Source of the DNA: an uncultured Anaerolineaceae bacterium
GTDB lineage: Bacteria; Chloroflexota; Limnocylindria; Limnocylindrales; CSP1-4
Reading direction: 5' to 3'
Assembly (NCBI GenBank): GCA_964629105.1
Contig: CAZVPS010000002.1
Span: 1-38,881, forward strand
DNA: 38,881 nucleotides
Numbering within the stretch: position 1 is the first letter of the stretch; every line of letters begins with the position of its first letter. Below, piece after piece: positions 34,089 to 38,881 of the stretch. The notes below the pieces were generated by a model that saw nothing but the letters and a program-made list of their open reading frames with translations, made no database searches and was not told where the DNA came from. The position numbers were made by a program, and so were the translations under genes.

Positions 34089-35153
34089 ATGATCATCCGA
34101 CCGCCCGGGTTCAGCCGCCCCGGTTCTGGTCCGAGGGCAGGGGCACCCCTCGTCCCTGGCAACGAGCCCCGCGACCGTGGGGATCCGGCCCGAGATCAGG
34201 TTCCATCGCCGGTCACCCTCAGCGCCTTCCTTGAGCACTGGCTCGCCGACATCGTCCGCCTGTCCGTCCGGCCCAAGACGTTCGTGTCGTATCGGAGCGT
34301 CGTGCGCCTGCACCTGGCACCCGCGCTGGGGGACATCCCGCTCACCGAGCTTCGCCCGGGCGACGTGCAGGCGTACCTCAACCGAAAGGCCGCGACACGC
34401 CTCGCACCCCGGACCGTGGCCTACCACCGCAACATCCTGCGCCAGGCCCTGGGCCATGCCGAGCGGACCGAGCTCGTCGGCCGCAACGTGGCGAAACTGG
34501 CGCTGCCCCCGCGCATCCCGCGGCGCGAGGTTCGGCCCCTGACGCCCGAGCAGGCCCGCACCTTCCTCGCCGCGATCGCCGGGGAACGACTCCGGGCCCT
34601 CTACGTCGTCGCCCTCGGGGTGGGCCTGCGGCAGGGCGAGATCCTGGGCCTGCGCTGGTCGGACGTCGACCTTGTGGGGGGAACGATCCGGGTGCGTGAG
34701 GCCCTCCAGCGCGTCGAGGGGGTCTTCACGTTCGTCGAGCCCAAGTCGGCCACCAGCCGGCGGCTCCTCCCCCTGCCGGCGATCGTGCGCGAGGCCCTCC
34801 TCGCCCATCGAGAACACCGCTCGGCCGAACGTCCCGCGAGGGCAGGCATCTCGGCGGAGTTCGCGGACCTCGTGTTCACCACGACCGTCGGCACGCCGAT
34901 CGACGGTATCAGCGTGACCCGCCGCTTCCAGCGCATCCTCAAAGCCGCCGGCCTCCCCCACCAGCGCTTCCACGACCTGCGCCATGCCTGCGCCTCGCTC
35001 CTCCTCGCCCAGGGAGTTCCTGCCCGGGTGGTGATGGAGACCCTGGGCCACAGCCAGATCAGCCTCACCCTCAACACGTACTGCCACGTCATCCCGGCCC
35101 TCGGGCGGGAGGCGGCGGAGCGGATGGACGAGGTGCTGACGCGGGGGAGCTAA
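34089..35153 (+). CDS. tyrosine site-specific recombinase (phage integrase family)
   Basis: The ATG at 34089 is in frame within ORF 33942..35153. There is an N-terminal SAM-like core-binding domain (FLEHWLADIV...VSYRSVVRLHLAPALGDIPLTEL). The catalytic residues are LRQGEILGLRWSDVD (R), FHDLRHACASLL (H-x-x-R) and LGHSQISLTLNTYCHV (H...Y). Confidence 0.85.
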   Translation: MIIRPPGFSRPGSGPRAGAPLVPGNEPRDRGDPARDQVPSPVTLSAFLEHWLADIVRLSVRPKTFVSYRSVVRLHLAPALGDIPLTELRPGDVQAYLNRKAATRLAPRTVAYHRNILRQALGHAERTELVGRNVAKLALPPRIPRREVRPLTPEQARTFLAAIAGERLRALYVVALGVGLRQGEILGLRWSDVDLVGGTIRVREALQRVEGVFTFVEPKSATSRRLLPLPAIVREALLAHREHRSAERPARAGISAEFADLVFTTTVGTPIDGISVTRRFQRILKAAGLPHQRFHDLRHACASLLLAQGVPARVVMETLGHSQISLTLNTYCHVIPALGREAAERMDEVLTRGS

Positions 35154-35442
35154 AGGCCACGTCGCGAACCCCACGGGCGTCTGGCCCTCCACCTCCCCGA
35201 TGCCCAGCCCGCGGGCCCCGTCCGGCATGGCGAACCTGCAGCCGCGGTTATCCATCCTCGCGCTCTGCTGGACGAGGGGCAGCTGCTGAACCGGCGGCTG
35301 ATCTGACGCCCGCCTCCTGTGCCTCGCGACGCGCCAGCTCGTGGCTTCTGATCGGGAATCTGCGGACTCGCCGGCGCCGCCTTGCCGATCGCAGCGCGCC
35401 CGCCGTCCTCGTCGATCGAGGCGGTCGCGGGGACTGAACGGG

Positions 35443-36942
35443 TCAGGCTGCTCCGCCCTCGCCGTGCCTGACGTCCAGGACGCGCCCGAACGCGCGGCGG
35501 CGGACCTGCCAGGCGATCCCGGCCGCCAGGACATCGTCGTCGTGATAGCCCTCCTGGGCCTCCGGCCGGCCGTCGTCGCTGTAGGCAAAGGCTCTGAACT
35601 GATCGATGCTGCCCGCGTCGTGGAGGGTGATCCCAGCAGTCCGCAGGGCCTCCTCCAGCTGATCGACGAGGACGGGCCGCGTGGCGGTCGTGGTGAGCCA
35701 ACCGAGGCGCCCGTCCTTCGCCCGGAAGATGCGGTAGGGCGCGGTGCCAGCGTGCAGCTGGGCGAGCCGCAGGAGAACCGCGTGGCCGTGGTTGTTGCGC
35801 TCGACCCCCACGATGACGGTGTTGGCCGTGGAGGTATCGGGTGCGTAGCGGCGGGCCAGCCGATCGATCTTGGCGGCGAACACGTCGGGTGCCCAGCGGC
35901 CGCGCAGGTGGGCGACTTGCTCCCCTGAGTCCCGCTCGAGCACGGTCGCGCTCGACCAGTTCGAAGTGGCGAGGCCCTCGCCGACGTCGGCGCCGATGAT
36001 GTAGACCTTGGCGGCGACCGGTTCGCGGTACAGGACGAGCCCCTGCTCGCCGGCCTGACCCACCTCGGCCGGCTGGCGGATGAGGTCCTCGTGGCGGAAG
36101 ACGGGACGCCCGGTGGTCTGGATCGCCTCGATGTCGTTCTCGGGGTACTCCTGGGCGAAGTCGGCATCGGAGAGTGAGCTCATCCGCTCGCGCAGGCGCA
36201 CCCGCCAGTCGCCCACGCGGTCGGGGTGGGCGGAGGCCGGGATGAAGACGGCCTGCCAGTCATTCGAGCCCTCCTTGGCCTTCGTGTACAGCTCGGAGTG
36301 GAGCGCGCCGATGCCGTTGGCGGTCGAGATGGACAGGATCTGGCCGCGCTCCGCCGCACCGGAGACCGACAGAAGGATCGTGCGGGCCCAGGGCTGATGG
36401 GCGTGCTCATCGAGGATGACGAGGGTGGCCGTGCGGGAGCGGCCCACCGAAGGCGTGGCCGGCAGTGCCTGGATCTCGGAGCCGAGACCGGGGAACGCGA
36501 TCGAGCGGATATTCACCACGCCCGGTGGTTTCCACGCCGGGAGTCGCTCATAGACGAAGGCCACCTTCGCCAGGAGCTTGTCGGCGTCGTCCTGGCCCTT
36601 GCTGATAAGCAGGATGCTCTGCCCCGGCTTTCGGATGGCGGACCACAGGGCGAAGATCGCGGCCAGCCAGGAGACACCGAGCTGGCGGGCCTTGAGCGTG
36701 ACGCATCGCGGGAGGGTGGCCCAGAGTGCGAGGAGCTCCATCTGCCACGGCCAGGCGACCTCGCCAAAGCGAAGGTCGCTACCGTCCACGCCAGAGATGA
36801 GGGCATGGCGGGCGAACGTCTCGACGTCGGCGAGGGCGGCGGCGCACTCGCCATCGGCCAGGGTCCGTTTGGCCTTCGCCGCCAGGGCGCCCAGAGCGAG
36901 CGCCCGGCGGGCATCCTCGGGCGACAGGCGATCGAGGCTCAT
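35443..36942 (-). CDS. phage terminase large subunit
   Basis: 499 aa. The Walker A-like motif is KARQLGVSW and Walker B is TLVILDEHAH. Nuclease-domain acidic residues are YIIGADVGEG and GYHDDDVLAAGIA. The start overlaps the stop of the small-subunit gene (ATGA). Confidence 0.8.
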   Translation of the reverse strand: MSLDRLSPEDARRALALGALAAKAKRTLADGECAAALADVETFARHALISGVDGSDLRFGEVAWPWQMELLALWATLPRCVTLKARQLGVSWLAAIFALWSAIRKPGQSILLISKGQDDADKLLAKVAFVYERLPAWKPPGVVNIRSIAFPGLGSEIQALPATPSVGRSRTATLVILDEHAHQPWARTILLSVSGAAERGQILSISTANGIGALHSELYTKAKEGSNDWQAVFIPASAHPDRVGDWRVRLRERMSSLSDADFAQEYPENDIEAIQTTGRPVFRHEDLIRQPAEVGQAGEQGLVLYREPVAAKVYIIGADVGEGLATSNWSSATVLERDSGEQVAHLRGRWAPDVFAAKIDRLARRYAPDTSTANTVIVGVERNNHGHAVLLRLAQLHAGTAPYRIFRAKDGRLGWLTTTATRPVLVDQLEEALRTAGITLHDAGSIDQFRAFAYSDDGRPEAQEGYHDDDVLAAGIAWQVRRRAFGRVLDVRHGEGGAA

Positions 36943-37349
36943 CGGCCGGCCCCGGCGACGAGCCTCTCGGCCTCCGCGATCGTCGCCTCCGGATCGATCC
37001 CGAGCTCGGCGGCCAGGCGTTCGGCCTCGCGCCGGATGTCGAGGCGGATCGTCTCGCGGTAGCGCTCCGGTCGGTGCGCCCGGAGGAGGAACATGAGCAG
37101 GGCGTCACTGCCCGAGAGGGCCCGCCGCCGGGCCTCCGCCTCCAGGGTGTCGATCGCCTCCTCGCGCGCCCGCGCCCAGCGGGCGGCAAAGGCTGGGCTG
37201 CGCCGGGCGCGCTTGTACGGGGCGTCGCGGCTCACCCCGGCGGCACCGCTCGCGAGGCGCACGATGCCGGTCGCGGCGAAGACCTCGAGAAAGCGCGCCG
37301 CCCAGTCGACTCGGCCCCGAACCCCGGGGGCGGACCTCGGCTCAGCCAT
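36939..37349 (-). CDS. phage terminase small subunit / HTH DNA-binding protein
   Basis: FLEVFAATGIVRLASGAAGVSRDAPYKRARRSPAFAARWARAREEAIDTLEAEARRRAL...LLMFLLRAHRPERYRE fits the common actinophage TerS pattern. It sits directly upstream of TerL. Confidence 0.65.
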   Translation of the reverse strand: MAEPRSAPGVRGRVDWAARFLEVFAATGIVRLASGAAGVSRDAPYKRARRSPAFAARWARAREEAIDTLEAEARRRALSGSDALLMFLLRAHRPERYRETIRLDIRREAERLAAELGIDPEATIAEAERLVAGAGR

Positions 37350-38715
37350 CGAACCGTACCGCCCGCCGGCCCGTGAAGGTCCGCCAGCGCTCGATCGTCA
37401 CCTGGACGTAGCGGGGCTCCAGTTCCATGGCGTAACAGCGTCGCCCCAGGAGTTCGGCCGCGATGAGCGTGGTGCCAGAGCCAACGAAGGGGTCGTACAC
37501 GTCGCCCGGGTGGTTGCGCAGCGGCCGGGCCATGGCCTCGATCGGCTTCTGGGTGGGATGGTCGAACTTCGCCTCGGCTGAGCCACCATGGGTCATCTTG
37601 GGCGACGCCAGCTGCCAGACGGTCGTCTGGCTCGTGTCGCCCTGCCAGTGGGCGGTGCAGCCCGCCCGGACCGCGTACCAACAGGGTTCGTGCTGCCAGT
37701 TGTACGCCGAGCGGCTGATCACGGGCACCGTCTTGGCCCACACGATCTGCTGGCGCAGCTCGAAGCCGATCGCGGCGAGGCCCTGGCCGACCTCGATGAG
37801 ATGGGACGTCGCGTGCCACACGTACGCCACCTCGAGGCTGGGCACCAGGGCATAGGCGGCCGACCAGTCGGCGATCGTGTCGCCCGAGATGCTCGTCGCC
37901 CGATGACCCTCGCCGCGCAGGTAACTGGGTGCGGCGGGACCGAGGCGGTTGAGGCCTGCCCGGTCCCGCCACTCCATGTCGAGCGACACCCCATACGGGG
38001 GATCGGTGACGAGCAGCGTGGGCTGTTCGCCGGCGAGGAGGCGGGCGACGTCCTGGGAATCCGTGGCATCGCCGCACAGGAGCCGCTGCTCAGCGAGCTG
38101 CCAGAGATCACCGGGACGGACATAGAGATCCGCCTCGTCGGGGACCCCGGGCACGGCGTCGGGATCACCGAGGCCTGCCGGGATGATGCCGTTGCGATCG
38201 GCAAGCTCGGCCAGCATCCGGGTCAGGGCCTGATCGGACGGCGTCACCCCGGCCAGGAGGAGGGCCAGGGCATCGCGATCGGTGTCCGCCATCGCCGCCA
38301 GCGGATCGAGGCTGGCGAGGACGAGGCGCTCCTCGGCCTCCGAGAGCTCGACGTAGGCGACGGGGACGGTCGGCTCACCGCGGGCGAGAGCGAGTTCGAG
38401 GCGCAGGTGGCCGTCGACAAGATGGCCGCTCGTGCGGTTGACCATCACCTGGGCGACCCAGCCGACCTCAGCGAGCGCGCCGGCGAGGGCGCGCTGCTGG
38501 CGAACCGGATGGCGACGCCAGTTGGCGGGATGGGGAAGGAGGGACGCCGGGGCCACCTCGGCGTGGCCCGTGATCCGGTTGCGCCACGTGCCCGACGTCG
38601 GGTCACGTCGGCGCAGCGCTGCGCCCGTGGGCGGAGCCGGTGGCGATGCGGGGGATGGGCTTCGATGGCCGACGCGGTCGTCGGGAACGCGAACGTCGCC
38701 GCTGTGGGGATCCAT
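37342..38715 (-). CDS. ParB-like nuclease domain fused to an N6/N4 DNA methyltransferase (prophage type), full length
   Basis: The ATG at 38715 is preceded by the SD AGGAG. The track start at 38733 is an upstream GTG. The ParB-N part shows WRNRIT, HPANWRRHP, VNRTSGHLVDGH. Methylase motifs are DPPYGV and DPFVGSGTTLIAAE. The stop overlaps the TerS start. Confidence 0.85.
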   Translation of the reverse strand: MDPHSGDVRVPDDRVGHRSPSPASPPAPPTGAALRRRDPTSGTWRNRITGHAEVAPASLLPHPANWRRHPVRQQRALAGALAEVGWVAQVMVNRTSGHLVDGHLRLELALARGEPTVPVAYVELSEAEERLVLASLDPLAAMADTDRDALALLLAGVTPSDQALTRMLAELADRNGIIPAGLGDPDAVPGVPDEADLYVRPGDLWQLAEQRLLCGDATDSQDVARLLAGEQPTLLVTDPPYGVSLDMEWRDRAGLNRLGPAAPSYLRGEGHRATSISGDTIADWSAAYALVPSLEVAYVWHATSHLIEVGQGLAAIGFELRQQIVWAKTVPVISRSAYNWQHEPCWYAVRAGCTAHWQGDTSQTTVWQLASPKMTHGGSAEAKFDHPTQKPIEAMARPLRNHPGDVYDPFVGSGTTLIAAELLGRRCYAMELEPRYVQVTIERWRTFTGRRAVRFDG

Positions 38716-38823
38716 GCTCTTGCTCCTGTTCACCGGATCCCCCGAGCGAGGGGCCGGCTAGGGACCGACGGCGCACCGCCGGCTTACGGGCCTACTGTGG
38801 ATCGTCGACTGTCGACTTCGCCT

Positions 38824-38849
38824 CTAAGGAGCTGTCACGATATAAGTGG
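38824..38849. repeat. right arm of the 26-nt imperfect inverted repeat shared with the left end of the window
   Basis: CTAAGGAGCTGTCACGATATAAGTGG matches the reverse complement of 30..55 at 22 of 26 positions. It lies in the non-coding region upstream of the ParB-methyltransferase gene. Confidence 0.7.
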
Positions 38850-38881
38850 GTCATTGGGCAGGGTGAGGCGGGGGAGCAACG

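Noticed and set aside
33723-36167. The longest ORF in this area (814 aa, minus strand), spanning the integrase and part of the terminase region
   Set aside because: It runs antisense to a clearly recognisable integrase and out of frame with TerL. The translation is Arg/Pro/Ala/Ser-rich low complexity, typical of spurious open frames in high-GC DNA.

Overview
About 38.9 kb of high-GC bacterial DNA (roughly 68-70% GC by eye). GTG starts, ATGA/GTGA-coupled genes and lipoboxes look Actinomycetota-like, but the taxon is an inference. I saw no rRNA, tRNA or CRISPR array. The window has three parts. (1) 1-6.4 kb is an accessory flank. It holds an intact MmeI-family single-chain type IIG/IIL restriction-modification gene (2442-5189) among hypothetical, frameshifted and fragmentary ORFs. 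(2) 6.4-21.5 kb is an intact, translationally coupled catabolic cluster: a CUT2-type sugar ABC transporter, AnmK, a PIG-L/LmbE deacetylase, convergent HyuB-HyuA, a GntR/HutC regulator, a SIS-domain protein, a large FAD + Fe-S D-2-hydroxyacid (D-lactate-type) dehydrogenase and a lipoprotein. (3) 21.5-38.9 kb is a mosaic hotspot containing: three nested direct copies of one gene's 3' end plus its structured downstream element; an MmeI-family gene fragment; three different proteins with HEPN-like R-x4-H motifs; a PD-(D/E)xK-like protein; a secreted HNH/DUF1524-Excalibur nuclease; an ECF sigma/anti-sigma pair; IS21 and IS30 remnants; two diverged prophage remnants (ParB-methyltransferase, HNH, DUF5131 fragment, TerS, TerL); and a tyrosine integrase. 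Every gene disruption I found lies in the two flanks and none in the core. The best candidates for something new are the HEPN/nuclease-rich modules between 21.5 and 33.3 kb, delimited by the nested repeats, and the unusual AnmK + SIS + D-lactate-type dehydrogenase + HyuAB gene combination. A 26-nt imperfect inverted repeat also sits about 30 nt inside both ends of the window. All family calls come from reading motifs by eye, with no database search.
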